Source: an uncultured virus (IMG/VR IMGVR_UViG_3300024283_000012) (lineage: Duplodnaviria; Heunggongvirae; Uroviricota; Caudoviricetes). From it: a stretch of 64,000 bases of DNA. The position numbers were made by a program, and so were the translations under genes. The stretch's first letter is position 1, and each line of letters starts with the position of its first letter. Shown piece after piece: positions 48,911 through 58,072 of this stretch. The stretch is taken from IMG/VR virus record IMGVR_UViG_3300024283_000012; one strand, given 5' to 3'. The notes under the pieces were generated by a model, which ran no database searches, was not told where the DNA came from, and saw only the letters and a list, made by a program, of their open reading frames with translations.

Positions 48911-49618
48911 ATGCGCTTCGGCTCGTTATTTTCAGGTATTGGCGGAATTGATTTAGGTCTTGAACGCGCGGGTATGTCCTGTGCGTGGCAGGTGGAGATT
49001 GACGATTATGCAAACAGGGTACTTGCAAAACACTGGCCCGATATTCCCAGATTTAGAGACGTGCGCGAAGTCGGAAAGCACAATCTTGAGCGAGTCGACC
49101 TTATCGCTGGCGGATTCCCCTGCCAGGACGTTTCGGTCGCAGGACTCAACGCTGGACTGTCAGGTGAGCGATCTGGCCTATGGCGGGAGTATCTCCGGAT
49201 TGTTTGCGATCTACGACCCCGATTCATCATCGTGGAAAACGTTGCAGCGCTCCTTGGTCGAGGGGCAGGACGAGTACTCGCGGACCTTGCCAGCGTCGGG
49301 TACGATGCGGAATGGCAGACTATACAAGCGTCCGACGTTGGCGCACCACACAGTCGCGCCAGAATCTTCATTGTTGCCTACTCCGACAGCTTCAATGGGC
49401 AAACGGGGCTGGGGTCTTTCGAGAACGGGCCGCCTCAGATATTCACAGACGGTAACAGACAACGCTTTCCGATTTGGCTACAGACCGCCGATCGGTTTAT
49501 TGGAGTGGATGATGGGGTTTCCGGAAAACTATACAGAAATCGCAGCGTAGCAATTGGAAACGCAGTAGTCCCGCAAATTGCGGAATACATCGGCCGGGCA
49601 ATCCTGGCAGCAGCCTAA
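48911..49618 (+). CDS. DNA C5-cytosine methyltransferase, alpha polypeptide (lacks motif IX)
   Basis: SLFSGIGG, GGFPCQDVS, ENV, HSRARIF, GNAVVPQ. Confidence 0.9.
   Translation: MRFGSLFSGIGGIDLGLERAGMSCAWQVEIDDYANRVLAKHWPDIPRFRDVREVGKHNLERVDLIAGGFPCQDVSVAGLNAGLSGERSGLWREYLRIVCDLRPRFIIVENVAALLGRGAGRVLADLASVGYDAEWQTIQASDVGAPHSRARIFIVAYSDSFNGQTGLGSFENGPPQIFTDGNRQRFPIWLQTADRFIGVDDGVSGKLYRNRSVAIGNAVVPQIAEYIGRAILAAA
49008..49550 (+). CDS. Overlapping +1-frame beta polypeptide of the C5 methyltransferase
   Basis: GGAG RBS; LLPTPTAS; LLEWMMGFPENYT (motif IX-like). Confidence 0.7.
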   Translation: MQTGYLQNTGPIFPDLETCAKSESTILSESTLSLADSPARTFRSQDSTLDCQVSDLAYGGSISGLFAIYDPDSSSWKTLQRSLVEGQDEYSRTLPASGTMRNGRLYKRPTLAHHTVAPESSLLPTPTASMGKRGWGLSRTGRLRYSQTVTDNAFRFGYRPPIGLLEWMMGFPENYTEIAA

Positions 49619-49665
49619 CCCCTGTCCGCAATTGCGCGGGCGGTGGTCGGCGGAGGAGATGAGCG

Positions 49666-50178
49666 ATGGCAACGGTATTTCGAATGGACAATCGATTCGG
49701 TAAAACGCACAAGGAAGAGTGGTTGACTCCGCCTGAGATTATCCGCGCGCTTGGAAGATTCGACCTGGATCCCTGTGCGCCAATTATCCGGCCGTGGCCG
49801 ACCGCTGATCAGCATTACACGATTGCTGACGATGGATTAAAGCAGCAATGGACAGGCCGCGTCTGGATGAATCCACCGTTTGGCGCAAAGGCACGTGTGT
49901 GGCTAAAGAAACTTGCGGATCACGGTAACGGAATCGCTCTGATCGCTGCGAGAACAGAAACCAGAGCCTTCTACGAATCGGTCTGGATGCGCGCCGATGC
50001 TGTTCTGTTCCTGATCGGTCGACCGCATTTTCATCACGTTAACGGCGAAAGAGCATCGGCGAATAGTGGCGCTCCGATTTGCCTGGTTGCTTATGGCAAA
50101 CAGAACGTTGTTGCTCTGCGTGAGTCAGGGCTTTGGGGACACTTGGACGAGTTTTCACAAGAGAACATCGTCGTGTGA
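49666..50178 (+). CDS. Phage DNA N6-adenine methyltransferase (Dam-like)
   Basis: EEWLTPPE, FDLDPCA, VWMNPPF, ARTET. Confidence 0.85.
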   Translation: MATVFRMDNRFGKTHKEEWLTPPEIIRALGRFDLDPCAPIIRPWPTADQHYTIADDGLKQQWTGRVWMNPPFGAKARVWLKKLADHGNGIALIAARTETRAFYESVWMRADAVLFLIGRPHFHHVNGERASANSGAPICLVAYGKQNVVALRESGLWGHLDEFSQENIVV

Positions 50179-50510
50179 GTATAGCGCCAGCCCCTGCGCT
50201 GCGAAATGGGGTGGAGGTTGATTGTGGATTATGTAATTGATCAATTACCGGATTGCAGCGTCGATTACTGCGGTTCGGTCGCGGCAAAGCGGTTCTCGAC
50301 CATAATGGAGAGCCACGGCGAAGTGGAGCTTTTCTATTGCGATGATCATTTTCAAGCTTTTGAAACGAAGCTCGCGGAAGTGATCGGACTGCCGCGTGAT
50401 CAGGTTAATCTTGCGATGTCGCCGTTGAATTTGGTGGCCGGCCAGATTCGCGACGTGATTGATTGGCTGGACGGCAAGGCGAAACCGCTGGCGACTGCGG
50501 AGCAAATGCG

Positions 50511-50693
50511 ATGATCTGCCCTGAGTGCAAAAAGACTGAGGGTAAATCCCGCCTTCGCGTTACTCACACGCTGAGCCTGAATGATGGCAGTACGACCCGT
50601 CGCTACTATCGCTGCCCCGTCTGCTCGAAGAGCTTTATTACAACGGAATCCCGGCCTGAGCGTGTTAAAAAGCGAAATCAAGAAGCCGCATAA
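50511..50693 (+). CDS. NrdR/Ogr-like Zn-ribbon regulator
   Basis: MICPEC...RRYYRCPVCSKSFITTE. Confidence 0.65.
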   Translation: MICPECKKTEGKSRLRVTHTLSLNDGSTTRRYYRCPVCSKSFITTESRPERVKKRNQEAA

Positions 50694-50770
50694 AAGATTA
50701 GTGCTACATATAGCATACGGAAATCTTTGCAATACCACGTATAGCATAGTGTGGGTTAACCTTGGCTGAA

Positions 50771-51142
50771 ATGAACAAAGACACCCAGATAAAAGCAAGC
50801 GGAGCGCTCTATTCGTTCATCCGTGCCGTGGTCTATCTGGTCTCCGCATGGCAGCTAAAGAAATCCGGCGGTCACCCTGACGACACCGTGGTTGACTGGA
50901 TGACCGGGCTGATACTGCCGGTGGCTGCACCCGTGGCCGCGTTCGTCTGGGGTCAGTACCAGTTGCATTACAGGACCGATAGCGCGGCGCTGAAGATCGA
51001 CACGGCGCTGGAATTGCCCAGCGGCACAACGAATTCACAGTTGAATGCGGTGGTTGCCGTGCTGAAGCCCGAGATTGCTAAATCACCTGAGACGCCGCTG
51101 ACTGTTTTAGTGGATCAGGCGTCACAAGGAATTGTCAAATAA
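50771..51142 (+). CDS. Putative holin-like membrane protein
   Basis: Two hydrophobic segments; first gene of the membrane cluster. Confidence 0.5.
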   Translation: MNKDTQIKASGALYSFIRAVVYLVSAWQLKKSGGHPDDTVVDWMTGLILPVAAPVAAFVWGQYQLHYRTDSAALKIDTALELPSGTTNSQLNAVVAVLKPEIAKSPETPLTVLVDQASQGIVK

Positions 51143-51150
51143 GGAGATTT

Positions 51151-51414
51151 ATGGGCCCACAATACATTGTCGAAGAAGGCTCAACGGTTAGTTTCACGAT
51201 TCAGGATGGCCCAATCAAAGAGGTCGGCGTCAACGGCTGTCAAATTGACGACGTGGTTGAATGGGCAAAGAACAAGATCGAAGGTTTCCAGAAAGCGTAT
51301 CCCTGCCGCGAAAACGCGCTGGTAATCACAAAGCTAGATGAGGCGTTACTGTGGCTCTACAAACGCAAGGCCGACCGTGAAAAACGCGGCGTGGAAGGAC
51401 AGAATAAATTATGA
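51151..51414 (+). CDS. Tad1/Acb2-like anti-defence sponge protein
   Basis: IQDGPIKE..NG...FQ...CRENALVITKLDEALLWL..R..DR..RGVEG; TAAGGAG RBS. Confidence 0.65.
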   Translation: MGPQYIVEEGSTVSFTIQDGPIKEVGVNGCQIDDVVEWAKNKIEGFQKAYPCRENALVITKLDEALLWLYKRKADREKRGVEGQNKL

Positions 51415-51920
51415 AACGACTTACCCGTACCCCGCTCGTGCTCCTGCTGCTGTCGATGATGGCGATGACGGCGTGTGGACCTGGCAAACCGCCTGTTAAC
51501 ACAAACCCGACCGTATACGACCGGCCTGCGCAGATTCTTGGCAGCGTGATCGATTCGACAAACGCGATTGAAGCCGTTTTAAAGAATCACCACGTCGCAA
51601 AGGTCGCCTCGATTCGTTCTGATTCAACCTTGACCAGCCAGGCGCGAAAGAAAGCACTCACAGCAGAGACTAACAGCTTTGAATCGCTGAATAATATCTA
51701 CAAACGGGCGCTATCGACCGAACGCGATGCCGCAAATACGATTCAATCGCTGGCCAAGTCCGGTGGATCGCCACAAACGGCTGTCGACAAGGTGCAAATC
51801 ATCGCCAATATCGTTGTCAATGAACTGCTGGGCGCCGTGAGTGATCCCGAAACGCGGCAATCTTTGACGCAGCTAAACACGCTGATTCAGCAATTGATTA
51901 CGAGTTTGAAAGGAAACTAG
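51411..51920 (+). CDS. Lipoprotein
   Basis: Signal peptide with lipobox MTA-C. Confidence 0.7.
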   Translation: MKRLTRTPLVLLLLSMMAMTACGPGKPPVNTNPTVYDRPAQILGSVIDSTNAIEAVLKNHHVAKVASIRSDSTLTSQARKKALTAETNSFESLNNIYKRALSTERDAANTIQSLAKSGGSPQTAVDKVQIIANIVVNELLGAVSDPETRQSLTQLNTLIQQLITSLKGN

Positions 51921-52037
51921 GTGTCCATTTTGTCAATCGTCGCATGGGACGCTAAATCGCCGCGCCAATGGGAAGCGCACGGGCGCAGGATACGAGAGCG
52001 GCAAAGCGGCGGATGGATGGATGAGGAAGGTGAAGAT

Positions 52038-52241
52038 ATGTCAACAAACACAGTTTTAACCGACGGAATTATCATCACAACGCTTTTACTCAAGATCAAA
52101 TCGCTAACCGGTCTCGGCTATGCGGAAATCCTGGCGCAGTCATTCCCGGAACTGGATGCGGGCGTGGCTGAATCGCTGGCAAATGATGCGATGATCGCAG
52201 AGGAACGGAAGTTTAATGCGGCAATTGATGACGGCGCGTAA
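52038..52241 (+). CDS. Hypothetical protein
   Basis: GAGGAAGGTG RBS before MSTNTV. Confidence 0.5.
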   Translation: MSTNTVLTDGIIITTLLLKIKSLTGLGYAEILAQSFPELDAGVAESLANDAMIAEERKFNAAIDDGA

Positions 52242-52534
52242 GATACTCGCGGTCGCATCGGAGCGCACTTCATGTCTTGAGGTGATGGGGCTAGATTTGA
52301 TTAACCGCGAATTGTGGCCTGCTGTGATTGCGACCGTGGGGAGATTTTGAATGGATGTATATGGAATTTGCGGTCGCGCCCAGCGATTCTCCGCGCCTCT
52401 AACTAAGCGATATTTGAATCTGTGGCGAGACTGCGAAAAGATTGAATAAGCCAGCAAAACAGACTGGCGCAAAGCTTTCACCCTAATGGAAGCAGGTACA
52501 ATGATTGCTTTATTGTTGAAAAGGTGAACGTGAG

Positions 52535-52981
52535 GTGCCTGAAAGACAATGGGAAACCCCGGAATGGTTCAAAGATCAGGAACGCCGACATCTTTGGACC
52601 TACCAGAATATAACTGAACTTGGGGCTACGATGAGCGCTCTTGTAAAGGTTGTCGAAACAATGCGAGAGGACGTAGATGACTGTAAAGAAAAAGACAGCG
52701 ACACGTCCACGAAGTTAGATATCGTTATCCAGCTCCTGAAACCCTTTACCGATGCGCACGATCAGCAGATACAGCGCCAGATACTAACTGCTGTCACGCC
52801 CCAGGGCACAACTATTCAGCAAACCACAACGACAACCGTCACACAAAACCCGATTGAGTGGGCGGTAAAGAATCCTTTAAAAGCGGTGATTACCGCAGGC
52901 TTTTCGATTCCAGCTATTATCTACGTCTGGAAGGCCCTTGTCTGGTTCGTGCAGCTCCTGGCGACGTATGGCAAACCGTGA
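52535..52981 (+). CDS. Coiled-coil protein with C-terminal TM
   Basis: GTG start; C-terminal hydrophobic helix. Confidence 0.55.
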   Translation: MPERQWETPEWFKDQERRHLWTYQNITELGATMSALVKVVETMREDVDDCKEKDSDTSTKLDIVIQLLKPFTDAHDQQIQRQILTAVTPQGTTIQQTTTTTVTQNPIEWAVKNPLKAVITAGFSIPAIIYVWKALVWFVQLLATYGKP

Positions 52982-53696
52982 ATCTATTCTGATTATCGAG
53001 GATATCGACGACACCCGCGAACTGTTCGAGGTCGGGCTACCAATGTACGGGTATAAGACGTACACGGCCCGCGATGGGCAGGAAGGCCTCGACCTTTACG
53101 AAAAGCACCGATGTCCGGTTGCGATCGTCGATGTAATGCTGCCTTCCGCTGTCACCGAAGATCTGAACGGCTACAAGGTATCTGCGAAAATCAAAGAGAA
53201 AAACCCTGACGCTATCGTAATAATCGTGACGGGTGCAACTGAGCCCGAGCAGCCAATCTCGAAGGTTCGGATCCTCGACAGCCACGCCGACATAATACTG
53301 ACGAAGCCGGTCACGGTCGATCAGGTGGTAACAGAGATTCAGTACATACAGGCAAAGCGGGACGCGATAAAGCCGCGTGTATTGCGTGCGCCATCGAATC
53401 GCCTGATGTGGATCGGCCTTGCCATCCTGTTCGGCGCCCTCGTGGTCGGTCTGTGCGGCATCTCCGCGGCGAGCTATCACTTCTATGCTGTCGAGACTGC
53501 GCGTCACGGTCAGGAAATGATGGACCTGCGACGCGATGAGGACAGGCGATTTCTGGATCTGCAACACGCGATGGAGCGCGAAACGGATATGAAGCTCGCA
53601 CAGATGCAGGGCCAGATTAATTACCTCGAACCGCGTGTCCTGACCCTGGAAAAAGAATTGTCACGTATGCACGGTGAGATAGGGAGGAAGAAGTAA
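52968..53696 (+). CDS. Response-regulator receiver (REC) domain fused to TM helix and coiled coil
   Basis: ILIIEDID, ARDGQEGL, AIVDVMLP, IIVTG, ADIILTKPV; TM WIGLAILFGALVVGLCGISAA. Confidence 0.8.
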   Translation: MANRESILIIEDIDDTRELFEVGLPMYGYKTYTARDGQEGLDLYEKHRCPVAIVDVMLPSAVTEDLNGYKVSAKIKEKNPDAIVIIVTGATEPEQPISKVRILDSHADIILTKPVTVDQVVTEIQYIQAKRDAIKPRVLRAPSNRLMWIGLAILFGALVVGLCGISAASYHFYAVETARHGQEMMDLRRDEDRRFLDLQHAMERETDMKLAQMQGQINYLEPRVLTLEKELSRMHGEIGRKK

Positions 53697-54082
53697 TGGA
53701 CTGCGATCAGCGTTGTCAGAAGATATTGCTCTGTATGCTTTGCGCCGCGTTTAATCTGCTCGCACAGAATACGGCACAGCGCAGGTGGAAAAGCGATCAT
53801 CAAACCCTGAGCGACGATTTCAAGGCAAGGCAACTGGCGCGACTGATGAGCCTGCAAGTGATCCTGGATGAATGCTATGTGATTATCGGCGTCCAGCCCG
53901 CCCGGGCTCCGGTGACGTTGCGGGCGCTGTCCGCTCAGCTCGAATGGTTATCGAAGCCGCGCGGGTTGGAAGAGGCAAAGCAGTGGGATCTGATCGAAAA
54001 GAGCGAACAGATTGAATCGATCTGCGATGAGAATCAGGCAGAGTATTTGGCCGAGATAAAGTATCTGCCGAAAGCCGCGTAG
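53696..54082 (+). CDS. Hypothetical protein
   Basis: TAATG coupling. Confidence 0.55.
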   Translation: MDCDQRCQKILLCMLCAAFNLLAQNTAQRRWKSDHQTLSDDFKARQLARLMSLQVILDECYVIIGVQPARAPVTLRALSAQLEWLSKPRGLEEAKQWDLIEKSEQIESICDENQAEYLAEIKYLPKAA

Positions 54083-54090
54083 GTGCAAAC

Positions 54091-54462
54091 GTGCCTGAAG
54101 AATCGATCAGCCTGACGAAGTATTTTATCTCGCTGCTGCGCGAACTGGAAAAGCGCGTCTACCAGAGATTCAAGGATCTTCGGCGCGCTCTCAGGACCGA
54201 TCTCGATTCTCTGAACAAACGCCTCGATGCGATGAATGAGATACGCGGGACGTTGAAAGATCAGCAGACCCAATTTATTACCCGCGCCGAACATAACGCG
54301 CTGGCGGATCGCGTATCAAAGACTGAAGCATTCCAATCTGAGATAGGCGGCACAACAAAGGCCCAGCGCGAAGGCAAGCAGAATAATCAGTGGCTCATCG
54401 GGATAGTCATCAGCATCGTGGTCGTGGTGGTTATACAGGTGATAACGCTGCTGCGGAAATAG
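54091..54462 (+). CDS. Coiled-coil protein with C-terminal TM
   Basis: WLIGIVISIVVVVVIQVITLL. Confidence 0.6.
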   Translation: MPEESISLTKYFISLLRELEKRVYQRFKDLRRALRTDLDSLNKRLDAMNEIRGTLKDQQTQFITRAEHNALADRVSKTEAFQSEIGGTTKAQREGKQNNQWLIGIVISIVVVVVIQVITLLRK

Positions 54463-54663
54463 TCAGGTCTTCGCGATCGGCCCCGGTTTCTTCTCATACG
54501 CTGCCAGTTTCTCCACGTCCGCATCTGACAGGATATGCACATTGCCGACGGTGGCGACTGGCTCAATGCCAAGCGCGCGCATCTGGCGGTAGAGTGTGTT
54601 GTATTTGCGATCTAAACGCTTAGACAGCGCTGAGAGTGTATTCTGTGGATTTATGTCGGGCAT
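54463..54663 (-). CDS. Small HTH protein
   Basis: TLSALSKRLDRKYNTLYRQM; AAGGA RBS. Confidence 0.6.
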   Translation of the reverse strand: MPDINPQNTLSALSKRLDRKYNTLYRQMRALGIEPVATVGNVHILSDADVEKLAAYEKKPGPIAKT

Positions 54664-55080
54664 TGTTTATCCTTGTGTTTCTTTATCGCGGAACTTGCAG
54701 AGAATACAGGTCCGTGATTTTGCGCATCGTCCATAATAGTGATCAATTGCTTCTTTAACTTCGTCCAGTGAGCGGGCCTCAACTGAATAGCCGCGCGATC
54801 CCGAACCGGGATTTGACATCTTCAGCGTATAACCGTCCATTGTCTTTATCGATCTGTCAATTGTCAGCATCTTAAAACATCTCCTTTGTATCAAATAAAC
54901 TCAGTGTTCGCGTGTCTTTGCGCTTGCGCGCGGGCTTCGGTTGTTCGATCAAGGATCGGCCAGCCAGCATACCGACGCGCAATAACTCTTCGGTGGGCAC
55001 AAGGGAGCGCGCTGGCTCCCTATCTGTTTCGTGCTGTTCGGGCATAAGGTCGAGTGTGGCTTGTGTCATTGTGATCTCCC

Positions 55081-55665
55081 TTATGCGTACCAGCTTCGAT
55101 ATTGCGGTGAGCCGTCCCAAAGATCGGCGTACCCGTAGGACATTTTAACACTGGCCTCTTTGCCGTTATTCTGAATGAGCTTCTGAAACGGCTGTGAGTT
55201 CTCTTTGAACGAATCTTTAACGCCGATGCAATAATCTGACATGTCGCTCATACCTGCGCCCATTCCTTCGACTCGGTGGGTATTGATTGACTGCAGAACG
55301 ACGGTTTTGCCTTTGAGTTCGACAATCTGGTAGAAGTCCTGATTCGTCTGCTCCCAGCCCCACGAATAATTGAGAATGTCGCCGACTTGCCACGGGCATA
55401 CAAAAGCTTTGATTGCTGCCTTGCGTTGCTGCTTCTCATCAAAGTCTTTCTGCAATTGATCGGTGTATCGCTTAATCCAGTCTTCGCGCTTCTCTGCGGT
55501 CGAGAATGCGTAGTTGACTTCAGCTTTCCGTTGCTTGCCTTTGTAGCTGATCGCGCAAGGCCGGCCATTCGAATAATAAACATAAATCTGTGCAAGGTGC
55601 GCGTGCTCTTCTACGAGTTCGGCCCCTGCGGGAACATATCGTTGAATCTGTGATATAGTGCTCAT
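55081..55665 (-). CDS. Phage early hypothetical protein
   Basis: VGDILNYSWGWEQTNQDFYQIV; AAGGAG RBS. Confidence 0.7.
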   Translation of the reverse strand: MSTISQIQRYVPAGAELVEEHAHLAQIYVYYSNGRPCAISYKGKQRKAEVNYAFSTAEKREDWIKRYTDQLQKDFDEKQQRKAAIKAFVCPWQVGDILNYSWGWEQTNQDFYQIVELKGKTVVLQSINTHRVEGMGAGMSDMSDYCIGVKDSFKENSQPFQKLIQNNGKEASVKMSYGYADLWDGSPQYRSWYA

Positions 55666-55755
55666 TGATCAAATCTCCTTTTGCGGGTGATGCGGTCAAT
55701 TCGGCCCCGGGTGTTACAAGCGCTCGGGGCTTACTGTTTCCTGCTGACAAGAGAG

Positions 55756-55784
55756 ATAATAAAGAATCATTGATTAATTGTCAA
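55756..55784 (-). promoter_or_regulatory. Strong sigma70-like promoter for the leftward operon
   Basis: TTGACA-17-TATTAT on minus strand with AT-rich upstream region. Confidence 0.75.
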
Positions 55785-55919
55785 GCATAAAAGATAAAAT
55801 ATATTTGATTATTCGCAAGCTGAACGAATGCAATGGTTTACAGGCGATAGATATTTAATAGTGTACTTTATATAACAAAGCACTTGTAGGTAATGAAAGC
55901 AGGGTTTAGAATCAGGGAG

Positions 55920-56375
55920 ATGTCCACTGTTTTACACAAGCCAAACAAAAGTGAACACGTCGGCACAAGGAACCTGAAGCCGTTCCAGCCGGGTCAGTCC
56001 GGTAATCCCCTCGGGCGCTCTATCCGCAAATACAGCGTCGTCAATCAAATGAAAGACCTGCTTGCCGGGGTCCATTATGACAAGTATACAGCGGAGAAGC
56101 TCGCGCTTGAGTTTATGAAACGGCTGTACAGCAAGAAGACGACACCGACGGTCTGGGTCCAAATGGTCAGCCTGCTATTCCAATACACCGAACAGAAGCC
56201 CGTCCAAAAGATCGAAGTGTCCACCGACGATGACGACTTTCGCCGCAAGATGGCTATATTCCTTGAGGAATGCAAGCGCCTGGGGCTGAAGACAAGCGAG
56301 GATGAGGCAGCGCGGTTTCTGAATGAGGCCGTGATCGAGACGACCGCGGAGGTGGGTGGCGATGCTGAAGTGTAA
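55920..56375 (+). CDS. Terminase small subunit (DUF5681-like)
   Basis: NLKPFQPGQSGNPLGR; EQKPVQKIEV. Confidence 0.75.
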   Translation: MSTVLHKPNKSEHVGTRNLKPFQPGQSGNPLGRSIRKYSVVNQMKDLLAGVHYDKYTAEKLALEFMKRLYSKKTTPTVWVQMVSLLFQYTEQKPVQKIEVSTDDDDFRRKMAIFLEECKRLGLKTSEDEAARFLNEAVIETTAEVGGDAEV

Positions 56376-56961
56376 CGACTGCGGGACTGAGCTTATTAAC
56401 GAAGCCGTTGAATCGCCTATTGGGTGGATCTGTATGCGGTGTTTCAGCAAGGCTATCTATTGGGACGGTGCGGGCCATACAGAGTTGAAATGCGCTGCCT
56501 CCGATGGGCAAGTCAATATACCGGCGTTCACCGTTGAATCAACTGTTATCGATTACCCCGACTGGCCTGACTTTGTGGATAAGGACGCAAGATTATGAGC
56601 ACTGAGATTGAGCGAAAACAAAAGCTAGCTCAGATGGTCAATCACAGGCCGGGCGATGAGCCGTTACTGATCAATGACGCCATAGCCCAGGAGCGCCAGC
56701 GGTGTGCGGGGATTGTGGAATCGCTGAAGGTTGAACTCGATGACCTGCGCGGCTATGCAATGGACATCAAATACGAAACGGATAAACTGATCGACAGCAA
56801 GATCAAGGAGATCAACGCAGATGGCGAATGAAAAAGATACCGGCATCTATGGCGAGTTTGCCGTTATGTCGCGTGACGAGAAAACGCAGACAGCAGAATG
56901 CGTTGACCGCGATAGTCGAATCATCCGAATGACGCAGGATGCCTTGGAATCTGCTCGCGGA

Positions 56962-57168
56962 TTACCCGTGCCAATACTCAATAGTCAGGAAGATAAACAG
57001 TAGCACAAACGCGCCTCTCGCCAGATTCCCTGTCCACGCATAGTTAGGACCGCCAGCAGTCCAGCCAATCCCACATAGCAGAATAAACGTTGCGAGAATC
57101 CAATCGACCATTAGCCAGGTGAGCGCGAATGGAGCGGACAGCAACAACAGAAATGTAATAACAGGCAT
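56962..57168 (-). CDS. Small hydrophobic membrane protein
   Basis: 68 aa; GAGG RBS; extended -10 TGGTATACT on minus at about 57215-57223. Confidence 0.55.
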   Translation of the reverse strand: MPVITFLLLLSAPFALTWLMVDWILATFILLCGIGWTAGGPNYAWTGNLARGAFVLLFIFLTIEYWHG

Positions 57169-57299
57169 AGCGAAACCTCACGGTAAGGAATTGCGCTGGA
57201 GGTCGCTTTGGGTCAGTATACCACACCCCTGACAGCAGTATGTCAGTATCTTGCGGCACCCCGGGTTAATGCGCGGTCAAAATGATACGAATTGGATGG

Positions 57300-58050
57300 G
57301 GTGATGTGTCGCTAAACGTAGTAATGCCCGGTGCTTTAAGGAAGGATTGTGCAGATCGAATCCGAAAGATACACCGGGCAATACATTTCGACGCAATTTG
57401 AGGCAGCAAGCCCCGACTAGGGTCATAATGACATAAATAACCCTTGCGTTCAATGTCAAAATGGGTTTATTATCGAAATCGTGCAGATTGAATTTACACC
57501 ATTTCATTGACGATTACGACAAAGCGGTGGAAGCCCGTCTGCACACGGGCATGCTCAAGGGTTGCCCAGTGTTCTTTGATAACTCGATTACTTTTGTAAT
57601 CCCCGGTTAAATTAAGGGTGCGACGTTTCCGGGCACACAAAACAAGAAACCCGCCTGCATGTCATTATCCGCTGACGTAAATTCGTCCTATGGATTCATC
57701 GGCTCAGGCAAAGGTGACAAGAGACGCCAAGTTGTAGGCGTTGATTACGAAGGCTAGGTCAACTGGTTTTCCTGTCTGGCTGCAGATAGGTTTTTCCGGG
57801 CTACGGGATGGTGATTGATCCATCAATGCAGGGTTACGCCCCGGTCGATTCGGCTCATATGCGAAATAAATCAGGTAAGGCCGAACCTGTAGATGCTTAC
57901 GAGTCTACACTAGCCGACAGTTGAAAGTCCCACAACCAAACAAATGTGAGTTATCAAGGTCACTATACGAGCATGATTCCCTATTAACAGTATCCGGTAG
58001 GGCGCAGAGGCGTCTAATAGGATATATGAGAGAGGGAAACCCTGCACCAT
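57300..58050 (+). ncRNA. Putative large (~750 nt) highly structured non-coding RNA
   Basis: No credible ORF; more than 12 helices including long-range 57574-57585/57948-57959; G-U pairs favour + strand; U-rich run after 58050. Confidence 0.7.
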
Positions 58051-58072
58051 GGTTTCTTTTTTTAGGCTTTTT

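Noticed and set aside
49612..49665. attC-like start GCCTAAC after the methyltransferase
   Set aside because: No matching GTTRRRY end and no integron integrase
57277..57507. 76-aa minus-strand ORF inside the large RNA region
   Set aside because: No convincing RBS or protein features; region is better explained by + strand RNA structure
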